Positions 14,545-29,309 of a DNA stretch of 64,000 nt are shown in pieces; position 1 is the stretch's first letter; every line of letters begins with the position of its first letter. The stretch comes from Auanema rhodensis. Lineage: Eukaryota; Animalia; Nematoda. The stretch covers positions 6,634,001 through 6,698,000 of the forward strand of contig OZ059897.1 in the NCBI GenBank assembly GCA_964057225.1. Direction: 5' to 3'. Both the position numbers and the translations under genes were made by a program. Below the pieces are notes generated by a model, which saw only the letters and a program-made list of their open reading frames with translations, ran no database searches and was not told the DNA's origin.

Positions 14545-17500
14545 TTAGCAATTCCTTGAATGAATCAAATACTTACAACAATGAGTTAGAAGCTGCTTTC
14601 CATTAATCAATTGATCATTCTGTCTTGTATAGATATCTAAGCCATATTGACCATCTTCAGGAAAATCAATGTAAATTGAAATCTAAAAAAACATTTTGGT
14701 TTTTCAGTTTATAAAAGAATATCAATCGTCATACTTGATCTCCTTTGATTACAGATTTTGTACAATGTTGTAGTGCACGATCTTCTGTACGATTACGATG
14801 CAAAGCAGCGACAAATTCTGTTAAAGGACGTGTCATTCTATAAATAATATGAAGAGAATTTGAAACAATTCATGATAATCTTAGTACCTAAATCGTATTT
14901 CAGTATATCTACCAGCATTTATGATTGCATCTGGATGTGTAATAGGTAGTAAGCCGAATAGTCTTTCAGCTTTAGCTGGGCCCCATTCGCCGGATGCACA
15001 TTCGGGTAATGGAACCATTATGACTTGTAATGATTCACAGATAATCTAAAAATTTAAAATATATAGATGAGTCATAATGTCACAACTGAATTAGATATTA
15101 CCTTAAATTTACAAACACTTTTGAACTTAATAGGCTGTCCAGTGAGGTAATGACCAGATGAGACACTGTTGGCAAACACATCTAACAGCAATGGTCTTGT
15201 AGATGGAGCATGAACACGGAATGTAACAATCTGGAAAATTTATGGAACTATATACATATAGTTAAGAATATCTTCTTACGCCGTCATTGACTGATTGCAT
15301 TACAAATCGTTTTAACGATAAGCCATTTATGGTTGTATCATCCGAATCAAACATCTTTAAGTTATAATGGAATATTAATGAATCTCCTCCTTTATATGGT
15401 AATCGAATACCAACAGATGCAGCACCAGTACGATCAGTCTATATTCAATATCGATTATACCATATAGTTAACTAGTAACTTACAAATACAGTACTTTTCA
15501 ACTGTGGATCAACAAATGATAAGCCATATTTGAAGAAAAGACTTCTTACAAATGGAATTCGTTCAAATTCATCCAAACTAATTGGCCGAGACAGTAACTG
15601 CCATTCAGTGTCTTGAGGGAAAAACTCATAAATGAACTCCTGAAAACAGTTAGCATCAGATGAGAAAATAGATAGAGAAAGAGAGAAAGAGAGAGGGGAA
15701 GAGAGAGAGAGAGAGAGGAAGAGAGAGAGAGAGAGAAAAAGTAAAATATGTTTACCTCTGGATCAGTCATGAAGTAATGATCATCATATTCATAACGAAG
15801 ATTACCATCATTTCGAGGATCATTAGCAGTTTCTTTTGCATTTCTAAACAATTTTTAACTATATGATATTTGTTTTTAATATTAATATTTACACTAAATG
15901 TCTAGCACCCCAATTACATTGAACAAATCTCCATGATCCATCAAGATATACAGCATTCCAAGTATTTCTAAAAATAGTTTACATGTTAATGAAAGAACAA
16001 CAAAAAAAAACAAAGAAATTACCTAAACCGATGATCATCAAATGAATATCCAGGTTGATAACCGGCTGATTTTGAAAACCCTTTGATAACAACACAATGC
16101 AAACCAGCATAACTATAAATGAGTTATAATAAATAAATGAATTGGAATAAATTATTCGAAAATGCAACCGATTTTCAAAATTTTAAATTTGAAAATGAAA
16201 AATAAATTTCACGTAGTATCCCACGTAAAATGAGAAATGTTATGCACTACTTAACAAATGTATGTATGTGTATGTTGAAAATTTATATTGTTAAGAAATG
16301 TGAGAAAAGTAAATAATAAAAGAATTAAATCAAAATTGGAGAAAGTTGGAAAAAGTTGAAAAAAGTTGTAAAGCTGTATTACCTGCATAAACGTTTGAAT
16401 AATACATGATAGCTTTCAGTTCCATACTTAATACCACGAAGTAATCCCATTGGTGTATCGTTTTGAACATTCTCATCAAAAACCATTGTATTCAGATTTT
16501 TGATTGTTATCCAACGATAGATGGCTCGTGCTACATCTACATCGCTCCGAGCTCCTTGTGTCAAAGCTCTGATTAGATCGGTGAAGGACGTTACTTCACT
16601 TCGAGCACAGTACATAGCAACTTCATCAATTGACTAAATATATATGTATAGTTAATATAATTATAATTATAATATTACTGAAAAGAATTCCGTTGATGTA
16701 TAAATATCTCTTTTACTACAACTTGGTGGATAAGGAGGAGGTGGTGTAGGTGGATAATCACTTTGACTATATTCCTTAAAAAAATAAAATTTTGTATATG
16801 TTCATCCAAATAAATTAAACTAACCAATCGTTGTGTCTTAAATAAATCTAACATTTCCTTTGCTTGTTTGTCAACTAATTCAGCTGTCTTATGTCTTTCA
16901 CGTTCCTAAATGTTTAAAGTTTTGAACTATTAGAGCATTTTAAAACTTACTCTTCTCTTAGAATGAAGAGTTTCTAATTTTTTCTCTCTTTTGATTGTCA
17001 ATTGACGTATTAAATCATCTTTATTCTTATGATTTGCTTGTCCTTTTTCAAATTTACGAGCAAATTCAGCCAAAGCTTGTTCCCATTCTTCCTTAAATTA
17101 TATAATTTTATATATTTATAGAACAAAGTATAAATTAAGCATAAATATAAATAAATTTTATAAAGTTACCTTTGTTTCATGTTCAAACTGAGCGGATTCC
17201 TTTGTTCGTTGATCATGAAATTCTTCATATAGCCTATCTTCATCACTTCGGTGCAGTAATTCCAAACGTGTTTGAGCATCATAATCCTTCAAAATTTTAT
17301 AATATTTATATGTTAATATGTCAATCATATATATACATAATTATACTAATTATACTATAATTATAATCTATATAATTTTAGTATTTCACATAAGATTTTC
17401 AATGAACCCCGCACCAGAACATCAAACTAGCCTGTTCATCAATTAAAGAATTGTATTGTCGAAAGATCATTTTCTATTTGAAACGAAAGAAAAAACAAAA

Positions 17501-18108
17501 TCAAAACTAGTTACTTACAATCATATAGTTGGCTCCTTTGTGTTCAATTTTTGGATAAGGCTTAGCTACTTGTGTGGCTTTGATCGCGTGAGCTATCTTC
17601 ATGTCGGCTAGACCAGCATCTCTGAAAAACATGTGACCATATGAAGAAGGTATAACTCTTCATGGATTTTCAAAAAATGTTCAACAAAATGAAATGTTTT
17701 TAATTATAAAATAGAAGATATACCTTCTGTAATTCATTGAGCGATTTATATGAGTATTTTCTGGTGAACTAGCTTCAGCTTTTAATGGGGCAAGATCATG
17801 AGGTCCGGCAATCGGAACGTGATTAGAGCAATAAACTTCCTGAAATTTCAAAGTTATACTTTGATACATTGAAGTTTATGATGAAAGAAATACCTTGTCA
17901 TTAATATCATTACGGTTATTACAGTATGTTTTCAATGCTAGACGAGTTCCACAGATATAACATTTGAAACAACCTGAAGATATGATAAAGCTTGAAGCTT
18001 TTGACAAAAATTCAAACCTTGATGAAAGAAAGTGGAATCTTTCAATGGACCAACTTTATCAGTTGGATAAACTTGTTTATTACATCTATTACAGTTAAGT
18101 TTAGTCAT
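14545..18108 (-). CDS. ltd-1: LIM and transglutaminase-like domain protein (hillarin orthologue), multi-exon
   Basis: MTKLNCNRCNKQVYPTDKVGPLKDSTFFHQGCFKCYICGTRLALKTYCNNRNDINDKEVYCSNHVP (LIM domain). TGase-like region DVARAIYRWIT...TESYHVLFKRLC, GFSKSAGYQPG, RNTWNAVYLDGSWRFVQCNWGARH, YEYDDHYFMTDP. Ends LLTHCCKYLIHSRNC* (TAA at 14545-14547). Confidence 0.93.
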
Positions 18109-21100
18109 CCTAAATTCAAAAATAAATAAAAGTTTCACAAGAAAAAGCTTTAAGTTTACCTTTAGGATGTTCCAACTTATGCTTTTGGCTTTATCAATGT
18201 ATTGATTTCTTCCAAAGATTTCAGATTCTTCTGAAAAAATGAAAAAAGTTTATAAAAGAAGAAAAAAAACATAAAAATAATAAAAGGAAAAACATAAATC
18301 GGATATTGTTGTTGCTATATTGAATACATGAAATATTAGTTGTCACTAAACTGTATAGTAAAGGAAAATTTGAAAAAAGACCGGAACAATAAGGTTGTGA
18401 AAGGAAAGAAAAACGAAAAAATACAGTTCTAGCTATATAGTCAAGCTATAAGTAAGGAATAGGAAATAGCTTATTCATCATTTTCAACATAAAACGAGTT
18501 CAAATGCTATGAATCCGAATTAAAAGTTGTGTGTTAAGGTGATTCAATCCACAGAATTTTTTGTTGACACAGAAAGAAACTTTTTTCTGCAAAAAAAAGG
18601 TTGATTGAACGGAAAAAAACATTCGGAATTCTGGACAGAAAATGTAGAAAAATGCTTTCATAGGAAAATCAATGAGGCAATATGTTAAATGAGGTATTTG
18701 AATATGATAATGAGAGAAAAAAAGAAATTCGGTAAACTGACCGAAAGAGAAATTCAAATAAACATTGGAAGAACAGATGATTCTCTCTCTCTTTTATTAG
18801 CGAATGAGTCAGATTAGGTGATGATGATGCTGTTGATGATTACGATTACATGACATGCTTCTTAAGAAGAAATATGATAAAGTGGCTTTTATGAAAGAAA
18901 ATTGATATGAGTTCTCAGATGGACCATGCTGACTTGGCCCAGAGAACCGACAATTTGCGTGAAATAGATCCTTGCTTGTGTGGTTGGACTGTATGCGGTC
19001 CTATTGAATGAGTAAACATGAGAGAAGGAGATTGTAGAGAAAGAGATGTGAATGAGAGTTGTGCAAAAGCAAGAAGATGATAGATCAAAATAAGGAGAGA
19101 GGGAGAAAAGAGAGAAAAACACGAAAATAGCTTAGAGATCGGGATATCGTGTAGTGAAAATGAGGTGAAAAGAACAAGGTGAGAAATTTACAAGAGGAAA
19201 GATCGAAGCCTTAGCACATGGTTCAGCTAAAACGAAAAGAGACACACGATAACAAAAACTACAATTTTGGATTGTAGTCGAAAGTAGATTGGCTATTGCT
19301 GGATAGAAAGACATTGAATTCGATGACGATTGGATGTTCGTGCGTTCATCTGTTCATTCGGGATGAATAGTATCGTGGACTGTGGTAGTAGAGAGGAAGG
19401 AAGAGAGGAAGGAAAGCTTATAGCAATGTGTATAGGGGGCTGTCCGGAAGTTTCTTATAATAATAATAATAGTAATAATCAATATATTCATGCGAGTTAT
19501 AGATCTACGTTCACGGAACAAACACTTAAAACCTTTTATGTTCGAGCAAATAGTGAAGACGTTCCACCTGTCACAAATGATCTTATAAGGATATTCATGG
19601 TCAATTTCATGAATTTTTCGAGAGAAAAGAATAAAATACTCTCTCAAGAACAGTTAAATTGAGAACAATGAAAGCGAAAAAAGAGTTGTTTGGAAGTAAA
19701 ACCATAAAAGTTTCGAATAGAAATCTTTGACTTCTCTTGCTAAGGCGATACATGAATTGGATTGTTGAGGTGAGAGTAGGTCAACGTGATGTTAATAGAA
19801 GAGCCATATGTACATGGATAAGTAAATAAAACATCAATAATGTTGAAAAAAAGTTGTTTGTATAGCAGATGATGTTACGTTAATTCATGCAATTTCTGAT
19901 TTGCAGTATGATTGAACTCAATTTGATTGCAAGCTCCTGAATACAAGTAGTTTTCAGATATGAATGAAGATCAAGCTCAAACCCTTTAATCAAGAATAAA
20001 TAAACGGAATAGTCAGAAGGTGGATATTGGAAAAGAACATTTCTACTGAATTTGCAAAAGAATTCTGAAGAAGATGAGAGAAGATAGTTCATGTTCATTA
20101 AAGAGTATGAGTGTGCTTCTCTTTTAAAACTATCTTTTCAGATGAACATGCAGCGTAGAATAACATACAACATCATCATAATTATCATGATGTTCATTCT
20201 TCTATGAAGAATTGAATTTGCTTAGTTTATCTCTGTCTATTCTCATCTATTCATCTTTATATTCAAACTCTTTCTTTAACTTATTCTCTTCTTACAATCT
20301 TACATATCTTCTTGTCGTTCTCACTCATTCACTTCTTCACTCGCTCACTCACTTCATAACCCTTCGCTTCTGTGAATTCCGAACGGTTGAAGTCATCGTC
20401 ATCTTCTTTAATCTGACTTCTCCTTTTATCCTCATCATGCCTCAGAGCACAACGGTGGACAAACAACATCCGACGACATCATCGACAGATGAACCAATCG
20501 AATCTGTCAAATCGACACAAGGATTAAGAACGAGAGAAAATAGGTGATGAGAAGCTCAATAAACCGAAATTCTCATTCGATTTTACTATTTTTATAATAA
20601 TAAAAAAATTTTCAATAAAATCGGTTGGGATGTTGATTTAAATTGGTCAGAGCTTGAAAACATTTCCAACTTGATTCTGATTTCCTTCTGACGTGCCGAG
20701 AATGAAATTTTCAAAAAAAAAAAGAATTGCGGAATAATTATAAGAAATAGAAAAATAAAGATCGAAAAGAACATTGTATTGTCATGATGATCATGATGAT
20801 GTTCTGGAAAAAACAAGATCAATTCTAATCCAACATACAGTTCATGAAAATTCTATTGAAAATAACGAAAGAATATGAAGAATTTTTTTTTAGATGAAAT
20901 ACATGTATTTCCAAAATTAGTTCTTTTGAATTTTTTTTATTTGAACAACTAAAGCTTTATAGAAATTGAAAAAAAGAGAACAACTTCTATTACTAGTACT
21001 GAGTCACTCTGACTGACTATCACACAGACTTAGGGAGTCAGGTGAATCAAGTGCAAGAGCTTAGAACCATGTAGACAGAAAAATACATTTTTAAAGATTC

Positions 21101-24100
21101 ATAAACATATTTTTATATTTTATTTTTAGAAGAGATGAAAAAGAATGATTATGTATAGGTTAATAGATCAGATGAATCATCGAGAAAAACTAGAAATGGA
21201 GGTGGAATGTCAAATATCATTGTCCTTTTTTTTTCTGAAAATGATTGACAAACTTGTCCATGTAACAATCCATCTAATTGAACATTATCGGATATTTCAA
21301 ATATATATTTATACTATAAGATGCTATAAGAAGGTTATAGATAAATTAAATTTAAAAAGAAGAAATGTTTATAGGGTGAACATAAGGAAAATATGCTAAA
21401 CACATAGTATAGATAATGAAAATGAGACTATTATGTTTTCAAAATAGCTATTTTATTATCAATTATTATGATCCTAGTGTATATAAGCTTCTAATTTTGC
21501 TTATCTTGCTTGTATTGATCATAAAATTATTAATGGAACTACAGAAATGGATCAGAAATGAATAAAAGGGGGAGGGAGGGAAAGAGAAAAGAGAGACAAG
21601 ATGAACAGGAGAGTGGAAAATGAGACAAATAGAGAATATATATATATATATACATATATAAATAAAGATACTTAAAAGAGAATAGCAAAGAACCATAAAG
21701 AGAGAGAGAGAGAGAATGGATGGTCTCCAGATCTGTAATCCAAGTTTTGAGCTTCAGCTTCAACTTAATAAGCTTGATGTATGATGCTAACTAGCTAATG
21801 TTACGAATATAAAACGGAAGAAGAAGAAGAAGACGAAAAAAGAAGATGAGGAATATGAAGAAGTCAACGAAGACAAATTGACGACATGATGTTCCTTTTT
21901 CATATATGGACTATTCTACCTGTTTCTTCTAGTTGGAACATAATTGGACACGCTCCAGATTGCTACTCAGAATTCATGTATTGCTATTATACACCAAAAA
22001 TAGGGAAGTATCTTGGTTATATAAAAAGTCAATTGGTTTCAAAACGATCAAAAAAGTTTTTAAATCTTGATCTATGATATCTTAATGCAGCTTAACGCAT
22101 AACTAACTTGATAAATTTACAATTTTTTCATTTTTATTTGTTAGTTTAGGTTTAAATTTTTGGTGAAAAGTTCAATTAATTATAGTTTTTTCATTAAAAT
22201 TAAGAATGAAATAATAGTTTTTGAATATAATTATACTATGTTGCATACGAACATGAACATGGGATTGGAACAATTGGAACGTTTTCTTCAAATTTTATAA
22301 GAAAAAATAGAGAAAAAAACTGAAAATTTGAACAATTTCACAAAAAAAATGAGATGAAAAAAAAAATTTTTTCTTCGAAAGATTAACCTTCTAAACATTT
22401 TTTCCTTCAATGATTGAGTCATTTCGGTTGTTTGTATCGAATAAGAAGAACAGTCGAATTCTGAATTTAATACGGAAGAAAAGTGACAATAGACAAGGTC
22501 ACTACTATGATTTCAAGTATAAGATTCGTGAGAATCTCTAGCCATAGCATGTTTCAAATGATGATGCTGCCTGTTGTTGTTGTTTTGTTTTTGTTCTCAA
22601 AAAACAAAAAACTATTGAATGGGCCTAAAGATCACTTAGATGTGTACTTGATGTTTCATTTTTTTAATAAAAAATTTCAATTACTTGGAAAATAATTGTA
22701 AAGACGTTTGTAGATATTTGAAATAAAAAAAATATTTTTAAATAGAAAATAATAAAATGAGTTAATACCTTAAAGAGATATTGAATAGATTATGAATATG
22801 AAATATGAATGGAATTTTAATATTTCACATCAAATGGACACAAAGACTGAAACTGAAATCGAGATCATATCGGCTAAGGAGTTGTCTATTTGCGCATTCC
22901 AAGGCAAAAATTCAAAAAATATTTTTCGGTAAAGATCAGATAATCAACAATGTCATGATGTTCAATATACTATATGTATATAAATTATAATATATATATA
23001 GAATTCTAAATAGATATAGTGATGCATAGCATATATGAGTTGAAAGTTTGAAAGGAAAACAATATTAACAGAAACATTGTAAAATTTGAATTTTCAAATG
23101 ACAGGACGAACAAACACAACCGTTCACCTCAGTTAGAAATCTTAAAATAAATGAGATCAGAGAGAAAAAGAGAGAGAGAGAGGCGGACGAAGAGAGTGGG
23201 AAGAGATGAGAATGAGAGAGTATGCATACGTGAATCATTACGTGAAACATTTGAATGATGTCAAAATCATTTGAGCTTATTTGAAAAATGTTGAAAATTC
23301 ATTTTACAGTAAAACAATAAAAAACATTTTAATAACTCTTATGGGTTGAACAAAATATTTTTGTTGATGATGAGAAATATTTGGTATCAAGTTTTAAATA
23401 CAATCATAACAAAGATATTATATAAAAAAAGATAGAAAGAATGTTAAAATCTAAGTGAGAGAAAAAGAGAGAGGGAGGGAGAGAGAGGGAGGGAGAGAGA
23501 GGGAAGGAGAGAGAGGGAGGCAACTAAATTGAGAGGGAAAGTTCCAAATGTTATAAAGACAAATGAAAGGAACCAAAATATGAATTGAAATCATAATGTT
23601 TGGATAAATAAACAGAAATTTTCATTCAGAAGATTTTGGATTCAAGCTATAGGTTCAAGTAATGCAAATGGAATGTCCATCTGTCTCTAAATGGCCATAC
23701 TGTTGACCTAAAGCTGATGATGCTTTTCGATGGAAAGTGAACCGATTTCATTAGAAGGGAAAGGAAATTGAAGTGAATAAGAGATAGGGTAAGATGAAGA
23801 GATTTAGACATGAAAGGAGAGAATGAGGTAAGAAGAGGAAGAAAGAATGGGTAACTCTAAGAAAGATAAAGAGAGAATGAGAGAGAGAGAAGGAAAGATT
23901 ATCTTCTATTCGATAAGTAAACGAGATTCGCTATAATGAACGGTCTTATCTAAATAAAGTATACCTTTCATTTCCAATCAAAAGGACCATTTACGTGAGC
24001 ATAGCATACAGATATAGTTAAAGAGTTCAATAATATAATGATTTTACTATATATTTCATGTGATTGAATAAATGAAATTATAATAATCCCATAAAACAAC

Positions 24101-24430
24101 TGGAAAAGAAAACAAAAAACACTTAACCATCATTGTCCTCATTGTAATCCAAAATACATTATGTCGTAACTGTTGCCATATAATTAACTGGAAATCTGTA
24201 TAGATTCCTACTAAGATAGACAGGCACAGAGGTTTCATTATACGATTTAAGCAGATAAAGTGACTACTCTTTGAATAAGTTCAAAGTGAGGATATTTCAT
24301 TCATTTTCTTTCTCCAACAATATCTTAGAATGATCTCTTTATGCTTTATTTCCACTTTGCATACAAGTGTTGAAGAGTATTGTCTAGATGACTGTATTCT
24401 TGAAATTATTCGAAAATAGCTTACAATCTG

Positions 24431-24433
<3 letters not shown>

Positions 24434-24470
<37 letters not shown>
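24434..24470. repeat. (CT)n microsatellite
   Basis: Direct read; one of many CT/GA tracts in the 18-28 kb non-coding region. Confidence 0.85.
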
Positions 24471-24474
<4 letters not shown>

Positions 24475-27400
24475 CTCTTTTCTTGTATTTGACTTTTTAT
24501 GAATTTCATAAAGATATGAATGTAGTCCTCAATAAGTTTAGTTCCAAATTCGGAAAGCCTTATGACGATGACACTACCAATGAATCGCCGAAGCACACAA
24601 CTTAGAAGATCCAGTTTTGGGGAGTGATTTTTCGGTTGCAGCATTCCTCCATAAATGGACATATACATAGCTATGCAGAGATGTAGCAATATAAGAACAT
24701 GTAGACAATATAAAACAGGAAGAGACATGAAAACGAGAGAAAGGTAAAGAGAATAGATAGATAGATAGATAGAGAGAGACAGAGAGAGGGTAAGAGAAAT
24801 CAGAAAATCAAAAAACAGAATATGATGCAAGTAAAAAGTTCGAAAGTCTAGTTAAATGATCATAATATACTAATTGTTTTCAGTGAAAGTTATATAGTTT
24901 ACAAATACGTTTATATATTATAGTTTGAGAATAGATAGTTAAGCTGTATAAGGCATTTACTTTTATAAAGTTTATGTAAACCTGTTGCAACCTTAAAGAT
25001 TTTCATTGAACATATAGATATCTAGTTCAATTATGGGTGAACCCAAAAAAGAATTTAAAGAAATCTCGAGAACAATTAGCATATATTAGCATCGAAATAG
25101 AAGATTTACAATAGAAAATCGGGATAAGATGTTACCCCCTAGTGTGAATAGCCATTAACCTCTACAGATCTTTACTCGTTTCTTTATCGTTAAATCAAAA
25201 AGAAGTGTTGATTGATATATGTTATATGTAAAAGAAAATTGAAATAATATCAGAGATTACTTGAAAAGATTAACTATACACATATAATAAATAGAAAAAA
25301 AGAAGCAAATAATTATATAATATATGAATAAAACTTGAAAAATTAAAAATATTAGAGAGAATTTAAGTCAAGTTTTAAATTTCTTAGAATAATAATAAAC
25401 TTGTATAAATCTTTTCATTTTCTTTTTTTTATTAACTATATATTGAATGTATGTGTGTTCAAGTAAAATTTTAAATGTTCATTTTATTATGTAAATAGAT
25501 GTCAACAATAGACATAGAGAGAGAGAGAGAGAGAGAGAAAAAGAGAGAAAGAGAGGGAGGAAAAGAAGAAAAATATCAAAAACTGTCTATATATGAATGG
25601 AAAAGACAACTTGTTGAAATCTTTTCATCAAAAAGAAAAACTGAAAAGTAGATTTGCTTTTTCAATTATCGAATTATCAACTATCATTTCGATTTTCAAG
25701 CTTAAAAACGTTCACAATGAAGGATTGACAAGCATGTAAAGCATACATGTATTCGAAGAAAAAAAGTTTCTATAAAGCATATCAAGCAGATTATCTTTGA
25801 ACTTCAAGATAACGAAAAGAAATTTGAATCAAATCGAAAAAAAAAGGAATAAAAATGAAAATTTGAAGAAAACATGCCCATCGCAACCTAATTTCACAGT
25901 TTACTATTTTAAGATGTTGAACGACCATATATGCAAACATGATGATGATGATGATGAAGAAGAAGAAAAACGATATAAAACCTCATGAAAAGAAAACGAA
26001 TAACAACATTTACAGTTGAAAATGCTTGACAACTCATAAAAAGGAAAAGTTGATGAAAAAGGTGAAACACAAATGTGAGGATGGTGTTGAAAATTGAAAG
26101 AAAATCATATTTTACAATGGGCAGATGTGAGGAATGAAGTTTATTTTAGATATTCCAATGTAATTTTCACAATGAACAGTAGCATTTTGAAGTTAGCTGA
26201 AAGAGAGGGAAAATTAGAGTGAGAAAGAGATAGGAAGAGAAAGGAAAAAGAAATAGAAAGAAGGTTGAAAATGAGAGAAAATATTGAAATAGTTAGTATA
26301 GGTAAAAGAGGAGGAGGCCAACCAAAGCTAATTGAGACTGGATTTAGCCATCATCACAGATGCTCAATTATCCTTTAGTTCTGCCATTTGTCATTGATGC
26401 TGATGGAATATGTTTTGTTGCGGCTTTTCTATATCCGATTTCAACCTCAAAAAAGGCGCTTTGGAGATTTTTTTGACAAAAAAAAAATAAAACAAGTAGT
26501 ACTAGTTCAATTCATGTTCTTAGTCTCATTTCTGACTCACAATCCGAACAGACAAACTGAACCAGTCTATGATGTTACATGTTAGAACGGTAATCATGTC
26601 AAATGAACTTAACTATTACATACACAGTTTATAATAATATAAATAATATTTTTAAATGGCAGAAGTATGAGGTTAATAACAATTAGCTTCATAATTATTT
26701 TTTTTTTGTTCAAACAAAAAGTTCTTGACGTTCTTAAACAGTCGGAATAGGGAATAGTTAGTTGAAGCCAATAACAGCATCAGTATTGGTCAAGTGGCCC
26801 AAATATGGTAGATATTTGATCTTGACCATTAGAAGCACTCATCCATGAAGAGACAGGTGCAAATGAGGAATTCTGAGAAAGAAAGTCAGTCAATCGATGA
26901 GTTATAGATTAAGATTGGACTACGATGAGGAGGAAATGTAGATGAATGCGGATTAATTGAATTCAAGTGACTGTAACAACATGATATCATTTGAAAACAA
27001 AGCGAAAAGCAACAGACTGTCATCATAATGACAATGTCATGCAAGACTTTTTGACCTCACTTGTGGATAGGAGATGATGAGAGGTGACGCTGGCAGTCCG
27101 CAGCACCTGTTCTTCCTCATCTCCACGTGTGGCTCCAATCATCTCTACCAACCTTCTATGCAATATATGAGAAAGGCCAGGCCTTGTTCGATTGGTTGAA
27201 ATTGAAGGACACTGTTTGCCGGATGCCATTATCGATCGATGGAAATTAGATGGAGATGATGATGATGATGATGATGACGAGAAGGAGTAAAGAGGTAACG
27301 AAAGCGATGACGATGACGACGACGACGACGACGACGTTGTCGACGGAGTCATACAACAAGAAGAGAAAAAGACGAGGAAGGTAGTAAAGAGGATAAATTG

Positions 27401-28118
27401 AATGAAAAAGAACTATGAACACGTACATGGAAAGGACTTGAGAGAATGAATAAAGGTAAGGAGGACAATGGAAGCGTATAAGTAGGTAGAAGGGTTGTGA
27501 GGTGTGGAACTTGTGTCCCTAGAGGTTTAGTGAAACGGTCATCAGGAGGTACAATGAATGACAACAATCGCAAATGTAAAATGAAGAGAGATACAGAGAA
27601 CGAGAGATAGAAAGAGAAAGAAAGAGAGTGAGAAAGAGAGAGAGATGATTTGTTGAGGTAGATGACCGGTAATTGAGATTATTATGAGAATTTACTTCGT
27701 ATTTTCAATTTAATTTGTTCATTTCAATAGCATATTTGAATTAAAGTTGACAAAACGAAAGACGAGAAAGCAGATATGGACGTATTTGGGTGAAAACGGT
27801 AGATTGCTTGCTAGAAACAATGGGAAAGTGAGCTGACTTCTCCGCTTGTTTGGCTCACCGATTTAAGCTATTTCGATTCGAAATAGACAGTATTTAAACA
27901 AGAAAAACGTCAAAATGAGAACGTTATTCTCAAGCTCAATATGTATAAAACAAATTATTGATTTTTTTATTTTTTATATGTGCTTTTTGAAAATGTTTGA
28001 GAAAAAACAAGAATATTTGAGATCAAAATCAACAATATATATCGATATATCTAGGCTATGCTTGACTAACTAGCAACTAACAGCCAAAGCTTGTTAATAG
28101 ATTTATTGAATTTCTCAA

Positions 28119-29309
28119 TTAAACTTCGGTAATCTGTAAATATAAATATAATTTATATTATATTATAAATAAAATAAAATAAAAATATAATAAACTAAAC
28201 CCTTCTCATATTTTTATTTGTTTCATCCTCACTATCATTTCTATCTCCCTACAATTATACAAATTATTAAAATAACATAATGATCAAAGAATAAGAAGCA
28301 AAATTCAAATTACCACATAGTTATGAATAGATTGTGTTTTCTAAAATAATTTTATTGTCAATTAAAATAATAATAAATGACGAACCATTTCCTGATTATC
28401 CATATTATCCTCAAATGTATTTGCAAGTGTTGGTAACATATTCTGTTTTCTTATTGATAATGATTTTGACTGAAACAAAACAAAAAAATAAACATAAATA
28501 AATTATAAATGAAATAAACTTTTTTGTTGTTATCAATATTATCATTAGATTGTACTGAAATTATAAAATTATATGAAGTTTTTGAATTTTTGCTTTCTCA
28601 TCATACCCGAAGCAGATGGTTGTCTCTTTTGTATCTCACACATTGATACATCAATAGTAGAATTTCCATTTTCTGCTTCAACATTAGTTAAACTGTTATT
28701 ATTTTGTTTATTAGTTAAGATCTAAAATGAAATTTTATAAATTTAAAAAATTTAATGTTACTAGTTACCATATTATCTTTCACATTATGTGTTGCTTTGA
28801 TATCAATAGGAAAACTTATATTTTTTGTTGATTTTATAATTTCTTGTTCTCTGAAATGTTATAAACTATATACATATACAATATATGAATATATAATATT
28901 AACTTATTCTTTAAATGATTGTATGTTGTACAAGTTGTATGAGTTGGTGATGGTTTGATTATAACTGATGTTGGAATGTCCTTCAAATTATTATTATTCA
29001 TTATATAAATGATTTGGTAATAAACAACTTTGTGATTAAATGATTCCGTTTTGCATATAGTTTTGAATTGTAATATAAGAATTATTACTGCTATTACAGC
29101 TATAAACTATAAAAATTATATAAATATATATTTAATTATAGTTTTATATTTAAAAAAAAAATGATACCATAAGTATGAAATATAGCCTTTCTAATTCATG
29201 AGGTAATTTTGAATAATTTTCCAATAAACTTTCAAATTTTCGTTTACTAAATAAAGAAATCTAAGAAGTACAAAACAAAAACAAAAAAAAACCTTAAATT
29301 CTCTGACAT
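28119..29309 (-). CDS. Uncharacterised single-pass membrane protein (~240 aa, ~10 exons), Asn/Lys-rich tail ending ITEV
   Basis: Hand-built model with GT-AG introns in consistent phase: MSENLS/KRKFESLLENYSKLPHELERLYFILM/FIAVIAVIILILQFKTICK.../EQEIIKSTK.../ILTNKQNNN...PSAS/VQSNDNIDNNKK/SKSLSIRKQ...QEM/KTQSIHNYV/GDRNDSEDETNKNMRR/ITEV*. Confidence 0.6.

Noticed and set aside
15900-16440. Loss of the transglutaminase catalytic triad in ltd-1 as a novelty
   Set aside because: Degenerate catalytic residues are an expected feature of the hillarin/LTD-1 family.
18160-18230. Upstream exon as a coding extension of ltd-1
   Set aside because: Splicing it to the ATG exon places an in-frame TAA two codons before the ATG, so it is 5'UTR at best.
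18500-26600. Numerous short ORFs upstream of ltd-1
   Set aside because: Low-complexity Phe/Leu/Ser/Ile-rich translations of AT-rich and microsatellite DNA, with no coherent splice model.
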